A DNA stretch of 64,000 bases, taken from Thermomicrobiales bacterium. Its GTDB lineage: Bacteria; Chloroflexota; Chloroflexia; Thermomicrobiales; UBA6265. Where the stretch lies: positions 95,057 to 159,056 of the forward strand of contig JASGDN010000047.1 of the NCBI GenBank assembly GCA_049841275.1. Reading direction: 5' to 3'. Made by a program: the position numbers and the translations under genes. Under the pieces are notes generated by a model. The model was not told the DNA's origin. It searched no databases and was given only the letters and a program-made list of their open reading frames with translations. Of the stretch, positions 10,061-19,490 are shown piece by piece (position 1 is the first letter of the stretch; each line of letters begins with the position of its first letter).

Positions 10061-10663
10061 CTACAGGTCCTCGTCGCCTTCGCCGTCCGCCGTGTGATCG
10101 GCATCGCCATCGTCATCCCGGATGGGCGTCGCTCCGGGACGGGTTGGCGTGGCGTCCATCCGCATGGCCGAGCGGCGCCGGCGGCGGGTGAGACGCGTGC
10201 GCTGGCTGACTGCCCCTTCTGGCGGCACGATCGGGGCGTCCTGGATCGGGGCGGAGAGCACGATGCTTGTTGAGCAACGCGCGCCAAGCTCCGCGAGCTC
10301 GTCAACCAGCCGCTCCAGCTCATCCGTGGATGTGACATTGACCCTGATGAGGAACGAACGGTCGCCCGTCGTGCGCAGGCACTCCACCACGGAGGGGTCC
10401 GTCCGGAGGCGATCGAGGAAGCGATCGCTGTTACGACGGTCGATGTCGGCGGCGATCAGGGCGGACAGCGGGCGCCCGATGGCGGCAGGGTCCACGATGG
10501 CGCGATACCCTGCCAGCACACCGCGTTCCTCCAGGCGGCGCACACGCTCGATCATGGCGGGGCTGGACAGCCCGACCCGTTCGGCGAGCGCCTTCATGGT
10601 GAGACGGCCGTTTGCCTGCAGCTCGGACAGAATGCGCTCATCCAGCGTATCGATGGTCGACAC
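10061..10663 (-). CDS. Lrp/AsnC family transcriptional regulator with ~45-aa charged C-terminal extension
   Basis: HTH 'LDERILSELQANGRLTMKALAERVGLSSPAMIERVRRLEERGVL' followed by an RAM/ACT-like domain. GTG 10663 has GAAGGAG 5 nt upstream; the alternative is ATG 10690. Confidence 0.85.
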   Translation of the reverse strand: MSTIDTLDERILSELQANGRLTMKALAERVGLSSPAMIERVRRLEERGVLAGYRAIVDPAAIGRPLSALIAADIDRRNSDRFLDRLRTDPSVVECLRTTGDRSFLIRVNVTSTDELERLVDELAELGARCSTSIVLSAPIQDAPIVPPEGAVSQRTRLTRRRRRSAMRMDATPTRPGATPIRDDDGDADHTADGEGDEDL

Positions 10664-11081
10664 AGGGGCTCCTTCTCTGCGTATGCACATCGATCACGAT
10701 TCGTGTCACGCCCTCGGCCCACGATGCAAGACGACGATCTCGTGTATACCGACGATCCATTACGAATGAAAAGTGTAGCCGATGCGAAGAACATGAGCAA
10801 GATAGGCCCGTTCGCCTTGTTTCCTGAAAGTCAAGTTATGTCCGTTCAGGTGCTCGACTCTGGAGGATGCAAACGAATCGCTCGGATCACCTTCCAACTC
10901 GCCTATAGCGGCGTCCGTACCGGCTGCTACGAGGGGGTGGTCTTCCGTTGTTGGGGCGATCACCGGTCGGGGCGATCACCGACTGTGGTTGGTCCTGCCT
11001 ACTGGCTACCACGACCATTTTCGCTCTGACTTGGCACAGGCCATCACACCCGGACCGACCTCGCGTCGATCCAGTCTCGGC

Positions 11082-11840
11082 TCAGTGCGTCTTGCGGGCG
11101 CGGGCGATGGCGGTCTGCTTCGCCATGTCTTCCAATCCATTGTCGATCGGCGCCAGATGGGCAGACCCGTAGCGGCGGGTGAGGCCGGCTTCGATCAGCC
11201 AGTCGGCCAGCGCCGGGTTCTTCGGGAGCAACGCGCCGTGAAGGTAGCAGCCGAGCGCGTTCTTGTAGCGCGTGCCCTCCGTGCCGTCCCGGCCGTTGTT
11301 GCCGCGTCCCACCTCAATCTTGCCCATCGGCGTCGCCCGCTCCCCAAGGAAGGTGAGGCCGCTGTGGTTCTCGAATCCCACCAGCGTGCCCCATTCGTCG
11401 GACTGGATCACGACGTTCCCGATGAAGCGCTCCGGTCCAGCGGTCGAGGTGATGTCGAAGAGGCCGATGCCCGGCAGCGGAGCTGCGTCGTGCGGACGGT
11501 ATTCGTGACCGAGCAACTGGTATCCGCCGCAGATCGAAAGCATGGCCGCGCCGTCTTCGATCGCCTGCTTCAGGCATTCGCCTTTCTCGCCCTGCAAGTC
11601 GCGCGAGACCGCGATCTGCTCCTGGTCCTGGCCGCCGCCGAAGAAGAAGATATCCACATCGTCCGGGATTGCCTCTCCCAGTCCGATCTCGACCACTTCC
11701 GGCTCGATGCCGCGCCAGCGCGCACGCTGAGCCAGCGCGAGGACGTTCCCCCGGTCTCCATAGATGTTCATCTTCGTGTCGTAGAGCCAGCCGATCTTGA
11801 TGGTCTGCCCGGTGGGCGGCGCGGACGCTGGTTCGCTCAT
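11082..11840 (-). CDS. gatD: Lipid II isoglutaminyl synthase, glutaminase subunit GatD (CobB/CobQ-like GATase)
   Basis: 'DIFFFGGGQD', nucleophile context 'ICGGYQLLG' and 'CYLHGALLPKNP'. Lies directly downstream of murT. Confidence 0.8.
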   Translation of the reverse strand: MSEPASAPPTGQTIKIGWLYDTKMNIYGDRGNVLALAQRARWRGIEPEVVEIGLGEAIPDDVDIFFFGGGQDQEQIAVSRDLQGEKGECLKQAIEDGAAMLSICGGYQLLGHEYRPHDAAPLPGIGLFDITSTAGPERFIGNVVIQSDEWGTLVGFENHSGLTFLGERATPMGKIEVGRGNNGRDGTEGTRYKNALGCYLHGALLPKNPALADWLIEAGLTRRYGSAHLAPIDNGLEDMAKQTAIARARKTH

Positions 11841-11956
11841 GAAGGGCCTCCGAAGGGTAAGGATGACGCGAGTATTCATGATAGGGCTGCGTGCCCGACC
11901 CGGCAGGCGATGCCCGATAGGTCCGGGACGCATCAGTGGCATCCAGACGGATGAGC

Positions 11957-13414
11957 CTACTGCTCCCAGAATGACTCCACCGCGCCGCGATCGGCCAGGA
12001 TCTTCCGCAGGCCGAGCATCGCGGTATAGGTTGGCAGAATGTAGGCGTCCGCGCCTTCGGGGACGGACGCGACGAACGCATCGAGGCCAGCTCCCAGGTC
12101 GTCGGGCAGTGCGGTGATCCGGTCGAGGGGGACGCCCGCGTACTTGAGGCGGTTTGCCATGTCGGCGCCGCGAATGCCGGTCGTGCTCAGGTGCCCGTCG
12201 CCATCGGCCAGGAGTTCGAAGTCGACATCCCAGAGCCAGGAGACATCGCGGCCATCGGCATCGAGGTCGTTGATCGCGATCATCGTCGGCACGCTCAGGC
12301 CGCCGGTCTCCACGGTCAGCATGCGCAGGACTTCGTTGAACCCGACCGGATTCTTCACCAGCGCGATGGTCAGCGTTCGCCCCTTGTAGGGCACGCGCTC
12401 GATCCGGCCGAAGGCGGACCGGAACGCTGCCAACGTCCCGACGATGCGCTCCGGGGCGACGCCCGCCTGCGCGGTCACCGCATAGGCGGCGAGCGTGTTG
12501 TAGGCGTTGTAGATGCCCGGCACGTCGATAGTCACGCGTACCGGCTCGCCGTTCGCCGGGGTGACGGTCATGGCGAGTGATTCGACGCCTTTCAGCGCGA
12601 TCTCCCCGCCCGCGAGGTTCAGCGACGGGCGGGCGCTATCGTCGTTCGGGCAATACCAGTCGCCGAGATGGGAGACGTAGAGCGCGTGATACGTCAGGTC
12701 GGCGCCGCACACCTTGCAGGTGGCGGCATCGGCCGCATGGGGAAGCGCATCGAGCCGGTGTTTCGCCTCGTTCAGGCCGAAGGCGACGCGCTTCGCGGCC
12801 AGCCCTTCCGTGATGAACGAGAGGGTCGGGTCGTCGGCGTTGACGACAATCGTCGAATCGGGGGACAGGGTCTGGAATGCCGCCGCCCACGTCCGCGCGA
12901 TGGTGTCCAGCTCGCCATAGCGGTCGAGCTGGTCGCGGAAGAGATTGTTGAGTAGGATCAGGCGCGGCTGCGTCCGTCGCACGATTTCTGGGAAGGCGGC
13001 TTCGTCGGCTTCGATCACCGCGATGGTGCCTTTCGGCTGCCCGAGGGGTGAGGTGCGGTCGGCCAGCGCGACGGTGACGCCGCGGACGAGGTTCGCGCCG
13101 GTGCGATTGTGGACGACCTCGTACCCGGCGGCGGTGAGGATGTCCGCGATCATGCGCGAGGTCGTCGTCTTGCCGTTCGTCCCCGCGACGACGATCGCGC
13201 CGGATTCGAGACGGGCGGCGAGTTTGTTCAGGATGTCCGGGTCGATACGCTCCGCGATCAGGCCGGGCGCGGATGTCCCGCCGCCACGGCCCAGGCGGCG
13301 GCTGGCCTCACCCGCAATCTTCGATACGGTCAGTGCGGCGGCCAGGCGCGGATCGAAATCCTTCGGCAGGCCTGGAATGCGGATGCGCGAGCGCGATGGA
13401 GCGTCAGTTCCCAT
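11957..13414 (-). CDS. murT: Lipid II isoglutaminyl synthase, Mur-ligase-like subunit MurT
   Basis: Mur-ligase P-loop 'VVAGTNGKTTTS', Cys-rich ribbon 'CKVCGADL...WYCPN' and a DUF1727-like C-terminus. The start overlaps the mreC stop by 11 nt. Confidence 0.85.
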   Translation of the reverse strand: MGTDAPSRSRIRIPGLPKDFDPRLAAALTVSKIAGEASRRLGRGGGTSAPGLIAERIDPDILNKLAARLESGAIVVAGTNGKTTTSRMIADILTAAGYEVVHNRTGANLVRGVTVALADRTSPLGQPKGTIAVIEADEAAFPEIVRRTQPRLILLNNLFRDQLDRYGELDTIARTWAAAFQTLSPDSTIVVNADDPTLSFITEGLAAKRVAFGLNEAKHRLDALPHAADAATCKVCGADLTYHALYVSHLGDWYCPNDDSARPSLNLAGGEIALKGVESLAMTVTPANGEPVRVTIDVPGIYNAYNTLAAYAVTAQAGVAPERIVGTLAAFRSAFGRIERVPYKGRTLTIALVKNPVGFNEVLRMLTVETGGLSVPTMIAINDLDADGRDVSWLWDVDFELLADGDGHLSTTGIRGADMANRLKYAGVPLDRITALPDDLGAGLDAFVASVPEGADAYILPTYTAMLGLRKILADRGAVESFWEQ

Positions 13415-14210
13415 AGTTCGTCACCACAAAGACCTGTGTGAGCGAGTCGAAGTCGACCACCGGGCGGACCTTCACTTCGATCTGGTCGTTCTGGGCATTC
13501 ACCACCGGTTCGCCCCAGACGACGCCGATGATGATGCCGGGAGGGATCTGCCGCGTCATGTCGGAGGTGACGATCTTCTCCCCCTCCTTCGGCGTCTTCG
13601 TCTTGTCGATGTGCTCCATGATCATCGGTTGCTGACCGCCCTGCCAGGTGCCGACGACGGTCCCTTCCGCCTGCGTATCCTCCAGGCGGGCGCCGACTTT
13701 CATGCTGGAGTCGATGATCAGCATCACCTTGGCGTTGTGCTCGGAGACCTCCGAGATCTGGCCGACGAAGTAGTTCGGGTCGACCACCGCCATGCCGACG
13801 CGCAAGCCGTCCGCCGACCCCTTGTCGATGACGAGGAACTTCTGCTGCCCGGTCGGATCGCGGGAGAGCACCTCGGCGGTGACGTATTCGCGGTCGGGGT
13901 GAGCCTCCTGAGCGGTCTGCAGTTTCAACTGGACCTGAAGTTTGTCATTCTGGGCCTTGAGATCGCTGTTCTCGGTATCGAGACGGTCCGCCTTGGCGAC
14001 GGCGGTCGCGAGCTGGTCCTCCAGCGGCGTATTCGAGTCCCATGAATCGGGAATGCGGGAGAAGGCTCCGGAGACTGGCTGGACAACGGTGTTCAGCCCG
14101 TCCTTGATCGGCGTCAGCAGATGCTGCCGGTCCAGCACGATCAGCGAGAGAGTGACGATGCTGAAGACCAGCACCAGCGAGAGCGTCTTGCGCCAGGGGA
14201 CCTGCTTCAC
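13404..14210 (-). CDS. mreC: Rod shape-determining protein MreC
   Basis: N-terminal TM segment, coiled-coil 'ENSDLKAQNDKLQVQLKLQ', then a beta-barrel region typical of MreC. Downstream of mreB. Confidence 0.9.
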   Translation of the reverse strand: MKQVPWRKTLSLVLVFSIVTLSLIVLDRQHLLTPIKDGLNTVVQPVSGAFSRIPDSWDSNTPLEDQLATAVAKADRLDTENSDLKAQNDKLQVQLKLQTAQEAHPDREYVTAEVLSRDPTGQQKFLVIDKGSADGLRVGMAVVDPNYFVGQISEVSEHNAKVMLIIDSSMKVGARLEDTQAEGTVVGTWQGGQQPMIMEHIDKTKTPKEGEKIVTSDMTRQIPPGIIIGVVWGEPVVNAQNDQIEVKVRPVVDFDSLTQVFVVTNYGN

Positions 14211-14442
14211 GGTCGAGCGTCCTTCGCGTTCGGCAAGGCAGATGTTCTCCTTCGGCCCGCGCGTGCAGCGACGATGGGTGAAGACGCGGGCGGGTTATGG
14301 GCGCATGAGGCGAGCGGCATCTCGCAGAAGCCGGGTGTGCCGGCCAGGCATCACCCGGCGAATCGTCATCCTACCATTCGGGCGCATGGAATGTCCGGAC
14401 ACGCATGCCCGGCCGCGGCATCATGCAAATGCTCGGACGAAC

Positions 14443-15498
14443 CTACCCGCGACGAAGCTCCTGGCCGCCAGCCAGCGCACGCTGATAGAGGTGCAGCGAC
14501 TCGGCGACGCGTCCGGTCCCGCGCGCCACGCAGGTCAGCGGGTCTTCCGCGCGATGGACGGGCATCCGCAACTCGCTCTGCAACCGCCGGTCAAGGCCCA
14601 TCAACAGGGCGCCGCCGCCGGCAAGCGTGATGCCGTGCTCCATGATATCCGCCACCAGTTCCGGCGGCGTCTCCTCGATCGAGTTCTTCACCAGTTCGAT
14701 GATCGTGTTCACCGGTTGCGAGATGGCGTCGCGCAACTCGACCGAACTCACCTCTACCGACTTCGGGAGGCCGGTGAGCAGGTCGCGGCCGCGCAGCATG
14801 ACGCGGACTTCCTCTTCCAGCGGGTAGGCCGATCCGGCGGCGATCTTCGCGTTCTCCGCCGTGCGCTCGCCGATCACGAGGTTGTGATCGCGGCGGGCAT
14901 ACTGGATCAGCGCATCATCGATCTCGTCGCCGGCCACACGAATCGAATGGTTGACCACGATACCGCCGAGCGAGATGACGGCAACCTCGGTCGTGCCGCC
15001 GCCGATATCCACGATCATGCTGCCGATCGGTTCGTTGATCGGCAGTCCGGCGCCGATGGCGGCGGCCATCGGTTCCTCGATCGTGTAGGCCTCGCGGGCG
15101 CCGGCCGAAAGGGCGGCGTCCTTCGCGGCCCGTTTCTCGACCTCGGTCACGCCGCTGGGGATGCCGATCACCACGCGTGGGTGCGGCGCCATCAGGCGCT
15201 GGAGATGCACCTTGCGGATGAAGTGATGGAGCATCATCTCGACCGTGTCGAAATCGGCGATCACGCCGTCCTTCAACGGGCGCACGGCCACGATCGAATC
15301 CGGCGTCTTGCCGATCATCGCCTTCGCTTCGATCCCGACCCACAGCGCGCGTTTCGTCTTCGTGTCGATGGCAACGACCGACGGTTCGGAAATGACGATG
15401 CCCTTGCCGCGCACGTAGACGAGGGTGTTGGCGGTGCCCAGATCGATCCCGAGGTCTCGGCTGAAGATGCCGAACAGGCTGGAAAGTGGACGAAACAA
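14443..15498 (-). CDS. mreB: Rod shape-determining actin homologue MreB
   Basis: 'FSRDLGIDLGTANTLVYVRGKGIV...' The conserved N-terminus begins at TTG 15498, with GGAGG 9 nt upstream. The rest of the 417-aa ORF upstream is Pro/Arg-rich and non-coding-like. Confidence 0.9.
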   Translation of the reverse strand: MFRPLSSLFGIFSRDLGIDLGTANTLVYVRGKGIVISEPSVVAIDTKTKRALWVGIEAKAMIGKTPDSIVAVRPLKDGVIADFDTVEMMLHHFIRKVHLQRLMAPHPRVVIGIPSGVTEVEKRAAKDAALSAGAREAYTIEEPMAAAIGAGLPINEPIGSMIVDIGGGTTEVAVISLGGIVVNHSIRVAGDEIDDALIQYARRDHNLVIGERTAENAKIAAGSAYPLEEEVRVMLRGRDLLTGLPKSVEVSSVELRDAISQPVNTIIELVKNSIEETPPELVADIMEHGITLAGGGALLMGLDRRLQSELRMPVHRAEDPLTCVARGTGRVAESLHLYQRALAGGQELRRG

Positions 15499-15803
15499 GA
15501 CCGGGGACCTCCGGGGAGGCGGCAAACGCCGCGGTGATGACGTGCGGTGGCTTGCGTGCGGGGAGGGGAGGAATGACGGGCTGCGTGTTGGCCGGTCGTT
15601 GCCCGATGGTTCGGGACCGGAGCATGGCGAACCGGCGATCTGCCCAACCCCACAATCGGGCGGAGTATACCACGGTGGTTCCCGTCTCCCTTCCATAAGC
15701 GTGCCTGGGCGAATGCCGCCGCATCGCCCCGGAATGGCTGGATCGGCCCTACAATGCCGCTCGGTGCGTACGTTCGCGACATGGACGAATCAAGGGGGGA
15801 GAA

Positions 15804-16592
15804 ATGACAACGGGCAATCGCTGGCAGGCCGTGCGGGAGGCGCTGGATGCCGCGCCGGCCGGGACCCGGGTCGCATTGACGGCCATCGACCTGGCGTCGG
15901 GGGAAACCTTCCGCCAGCGTGGCGATGAGTCGTTCAAGGCGGCGAGCACGATCAAGACGCTCATCCTTGCAACGATGGCGCGCACCGTCGACGCCGGCGC
16001 GCTCGATCTGGATGCGCGGATTTCGCTTCCTGCCGAGCGCAAGGCCACTGGCAGTGGCGTCTTGAACTGGCTGACGACCGGGATCGAACTGCCCGTGCGC
16101 GACTACGCCTGGCTGATGATCGCGATTTCGGACAACACGGCCTCCAATGTCTGCATCGATACGGTGGAAATGGAAGCCGTGCAGACGACGGCTCACGCGC
16201 TCGACCTTCCCACCATCCATCTCGGACGCTACTTCAAGGGGATCGCCGCGAAGCCGGGCGATCCGGAGAACATCGCCTCCAGCGATGACCTCGCGGCCTT
16301 GATGGCAGCCATCGCGCGGGGCGAAGTGGCCGGTCCGGAATCGACTGCCTGGATGACGCAGGTGCTTGGCGAGCAGCAGTATCTCGACCGGCTGCCCGGC
16401 CGTATGCCGCCGGGTGTGACCTGGCTTGGCAAGACGGGATCGCTCGATGGCATCCACCACGATGCGGGCGTCTTCTCCGGTCCGAATGGACGCATTGCCG
16501 TTGCCTGCCTGACGGAAGGCATCACGGACAAGCTCGTGGCGCAGGAGGTCATCGCGACGATCGGTGCGGCTGTTTCCGCCCTCGTGGCGTAG
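15804..16592 (+). CDS. Class A beta-lactamase-like serine hydrolase
   Basis: All three class A motifs are present: 'STIK' (SxxK), 'SDN' and 'KTG' ('LGKTGSLDG'). No obvious signal peptide. Confidence 0.75.
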   Translation: MTTGNRWQAVREALDAAPAGTRVALTAIDLASGETFRQRGDESFKAASTIKTLILATMARTVDAGALDLDARISLPAERKATGSGVLNWLTTGIELPVRDYAWLMIAISDNTASNVCIDTVEMEAVQTTAHALDLPTIHLGRYFKGIAAKPGDPENIASSDDLAALMAAIARGEVAGPESTAWMTQVLGEQQYLDRLPGRMPPGVTWLGKTGSLDGIHHDAGVFSGPNGRIAVACLTEGITDKLVAQEVIATIGAAVSALVA

Positions 16593-16745
16593 CCGCTGCC
16601 GCCCGGACCGCCTTGGCTCCGAACGGTGCCTTGAGATTCGCTGCGACAGTTTCGGATCCCGCCACTTCGGACCGGGATCTCGGACGGCATCGTCGGGGAC
16701 GCAGGCAGTTCTGCGACGAGCGGCGCGCTGGCGTCACATGGTCAT

Positions 16746-16775
16746 CCGATGGGCCGTTTTGCAGCGGCCCATCGG
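16746..16775. terminator. 12-bp-stem hairpin in the intergenic region (terminator-like)
   Basis: CCGATGGGCCG...CGGCCCATCGG with an 8-nt loop, about 150 nt downstream of the beta-lactamase-like gene. No U-tract. Confidence 0.3.
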
Positions 16776-16939
16776 CGGATGTGGTCCGCGCTGCGCGGTG
16801 GCTCGATGGTGGCGTCTCATCGCCAGATACAGTTCCGTTTTTGAGGATGGAACTTATTATTCAGAGGAGATCGTCGCCAGAAGACGAATATTTGGTGTGG
16901 TCTTGGTGGCAATGCCCTTTGAATGATGGCCTCGTTTTC

Positions 16940-16968
16940 TTGCACACGTGATATGCCTCGCCTACAAT
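16940..16968 (+). promoter_or_regulatory. Sigma-70-type promoter candidate for the Fec-like ABC operon
   Basis: TTGCAC (16940-16945), 17-nt spacer, TACAAT (16963-16968), in a locally AT-richer stretch. It would give a ~155-nt leader before ATG 17132. Confidence 0.5.
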
Positions 16969-17131
16969 CCTGACTGATATTGTCGGCTATTCGCCTATGC
17001 CCGTTTTTCGCCGATGGGGGAATGCCTTTCCAGCATGGTGCGGGAAGGGGCTGGGTGGAGTTTGTCATCTGCGGCCAAGGCAGCGTCGGATGATACATAA
17101 CCGGGTATCCACCCAGAACAAGGAGCACACC

Positions 17132-18335
17132 ATGCAATTCGGAAGTCAATCGTCGACGGTTTCTCGCAGGGACGGCGGGAGCGGCCGTGGCAGCTGCCCT
17201 GCCCGTGAGACTGTTCGCCCAGACTCCTGCGTCGGGCCCGGTGAGCGCGACGGACGTGGTGGGACGCACCGTGTCGCTTCCCCAGCCAGCGGAAAAGGTC
17301 ATCGTCACCAGCCGTACCGGGTTCTACAGCATCGCCATGCTGGATCGGGAGAATCCGTTCCAGCGCCTGGTGGCCTGGAACGACGATCTGCGGACGACTG
17401 ACAAGGACTCCTACAACCAGTAGCTCGCCAAGTTCCCGGAAGCGGCGGACCTGCCGGTCATCGGCAGCGTGGGCACCGACGACTTCAATGCCGAGAAGAT
17501 CATCGACCTCGAACCGGACCTGATCGTGATCGACCTGGGCGGCTTCGACGGCGCCACCGAGAATGGCACGATCGACCTCCTCGAAGCCGCGGGCATTCAG
17601 GTGATCGTCGTCGACTTCCGCGAGCACATGCTGGAGAACACCATCCCGTCGGTGCAGGCACTTGGGCGCCTGCTCGGGCGGCTCGACGTTGCTCTGGAGT
17701 TCAGCGACTTCTACCTTGCGGAGACCAACAAGGTTTACGACCGCGTCGCCTCGCTCGATCCCGAAGCGCCCCGGCCATCGGCGTTCATCCAGCGGGCGCC
17801 CGGTGTGGCTGACGTTGGTCTCACGTTCGGTGCGGGAAACTTCGGTGAGTTCATCGACCGCGCCGGCGGTTACAACCGGGCGGAGCAATATGTGGGGGAG
17901 GTGCATGGCACCGTGAACCCCGAGCAGATCCTGGCGGGCGACTTCGATGTGCTGATCATGACGGGAGCGAACTGGTCGGACAACGCCACGGTGAAGCCAG
18001 GACACTTCATCTCCATGGGGTACGAGGCCACTATGGACGACGTTCTCGCCGCGGTCGAGACGGTGATCGAGGACAATCACTGGCAGGACCTGCCCGCTGT
18101 GGTCAACAACCGCGTCGATGCCATCTGGCACCAGTTCTATATCTCTCCCTATTCGTTCATTGCGCTTCAGCAGTTCGCCAAGTGGCTCCATCCCGACCTG
18201 TTCGCCGATGTCGATCCTTCGGCGAACTTCAAGGCGCTGCATGAGAAGTTCCTGCCGATTCCATACTCGGGCATCTTCTTCGCCGAGCGTGCCGGGGCAT
18301 CCGACGCGACCCCGGTGGCGACTCCGGTCGGATAG
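17132..18335 (+). pseudogene. Disrupted iron-siderophore/cobalamin-type ABC substrate-binding protein (Peripla_BP_2, Tat signal)
   Basis: ATG 17132 has a good SD (AAGGAG) but is out of frame by 1 nt with the Tat signal 'NRRRFLAGTAGAAVAAALP' read from ~17148. An in-frame TAG at 17421-17423 splits the body ('...DSYNQ*LAKFPEAADLPVIG...'). Confidence 0.7.
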
Positions 18336-18389
18336 CGCGCCTGTGCGGCGGGGACGGGTCCTGCCCGTCCCCGCCGGGCCAATGCCGGA

Positions 18390-19487
18390 ATGGTGAATGC
18401 TGTGAATACATCGCCAATCGCGCGACCGGCGGACACCGGCCCTGCAATCGCCGCCAGTGGCGGCACCCTCTATGGGGAGATAACCCGGAAGAAAACGCTC
18501 ATCCTGTCGGGGCTGCTCGCTGCATTGGTCATCTCCATCATTGTGGACATTGCCTGGGGGCCGGCGCGGCTCACCCCGTGGGAGGTGATCCGGTCCATTG
18601 CACAGCCGGATACGGTCACGACCACCCATCGCGTCATCGTCTGGAACCTGCGTCTGCCGATCGCATTGCTTGCCGTGCTGGTCGGGTGCAGCCTGGGGAT
18701 CGCCGGATCGGGCATGCAGACGATCCTGAACAATCCGCTTGCCGATCCCTACACGCTGGGGATCTCCGCCGCTGCGAGTTTCGGGGCGGCGCTCGGTATC
18801 GTGCTGAATGTCCGGATCTTTCCCTGGTCCGGCGAGATCACGGTGACGCTGAATGCGTTCGTGATGGCGTTTGCGGCGTCGATGGCGATCTACGCGTTGA
18901 GCAGCCTGCGCGGGGTTACCACGGAGACGATGATCCTGTTCGGGATCTGTCTCATGTTCACGTTCGGGGCACTGAACGGCATGCTCCAGTACATCGCCTC
19001 CGAGGAAGCGTTGCAACAGGTCGTGTACTGGACGCTCGGGAGTTTGCAACGGGCATCCTGGAGCAAGCTGGCGATCATCCTCATCGTGCTGGCGATCGTG
19101 GTGCAGTTCATGGTGCGAAATGCCTGGAAGCTCACCATGCTACGGATGGGCGACGACCGTGCGCGGGCGCTCGGCGTCGATGTCGCACGGTTGCGGCTGT
19201 CGGTGCTGTTGCTCGTCTCGCTGGCAACCTCGGTGGCGGTCGCCTTCGTCGGCACGATCGGGTTTGTCGGGCTGGTGGGGCCGCACATCGCGCGCATGCT
19301 GGTGGGGGAGGATCAACGCTATTTCGTGCCAACTTCCGCGGTGGCGAGCGCATTGCTTCTGAGCCTGGCGTCCATTGCCAGCAAGACCATCGTGCCGGGG
19401 GCGCTGGTCCCGATCGGCATCATCACCTCGCTGGTCGGCGTGCCGTTCTTCCTCAGCCTCATCCTCTCGCGTCGATCCGGAGCGTGA
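18390..19487 (+). CDS. Iron-siderophore/cobalamin ABC transporter permease (FecCD family)
   Basis: 365 aa, ~9-10 TM segments, and a typical FecCD C-terminus 'PIGIITSLVGVPFFLSLILSRR'. Confidence 0.9.
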   Translation: MVNAVNTSPIARPADTGPAIAASGGTLYGEITRKKTLILSGLLAALVISIIVDIAWGPARLTPWEVIRSIAQPDTVTTTHRVIVWNLRLPIALLAVLVGCSLGIAGSGMQTILNNPLADPYTLGISAAASFGAALGIVLNVRIFPWSGEITVTLNAFVMAFAASMAIYALSSLRGVTTETMILFGICLMFTFGALNGMLQYIASEEALQQVVYWTLGSLQRASWSKLAIILIVLAIVVQFMVRNAWKLTMLRMGDDRARALGVDVARLRLSVLLLVSLATSVAVAFVGTIGFVGLVGPHIARMLVGEDQRYFVPTSAVASALLLSLASIASKTIVPGALVPIGIITSLVGVPFFLSLILSRRSGA

Positions 19488-19490
19488 CCC

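Noticed and set aside
10953-10981. Direct repeat GGGGCGATCACCG x2 (16-nt period) in the Lrp/gatD intergenic region
   Set aside because: This is real in the sequence, but it is only two short copies with no associated feature. It is possibly an Lrp-type half-site pair, but I cannot support any call.
13942-16460. Long ORFs 13942-15537 (+) and 15315-16460 (-)
   Set aside because: They are antisense shadows of mreC/mreB and of the beta-lactamase-like gene respectively. No motifs.
16969-17131. Possible cobalamin riboswitch in the leader of the Fec/Btu-like operon
   Set aside because: I could not find the B12 box or the AGGGAA...GGTG..AA..CC / GCCACTG cores. Only scattered GGGAA/GGTG strings are present.
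17421-17423. In-frame TAG in the binding-protein gene as pyrrolysine or programmed read-through
   Set aside because: There are no pyl genes or other in-frame TAGs in the window. The same gene also has a frameshift at its 5' end, so decay or a sequencing error is the simpler explanation.
16995-19049. 684-aa minus-strand ORF, one of the longest in the track
   Set aside because: It is antisense to the well-supported binding-protein and FecCD permease genes. The translation is Arg/Gly/Pro/His-rich low complexity, typical of shadow ORFs in GC-rich DNA.
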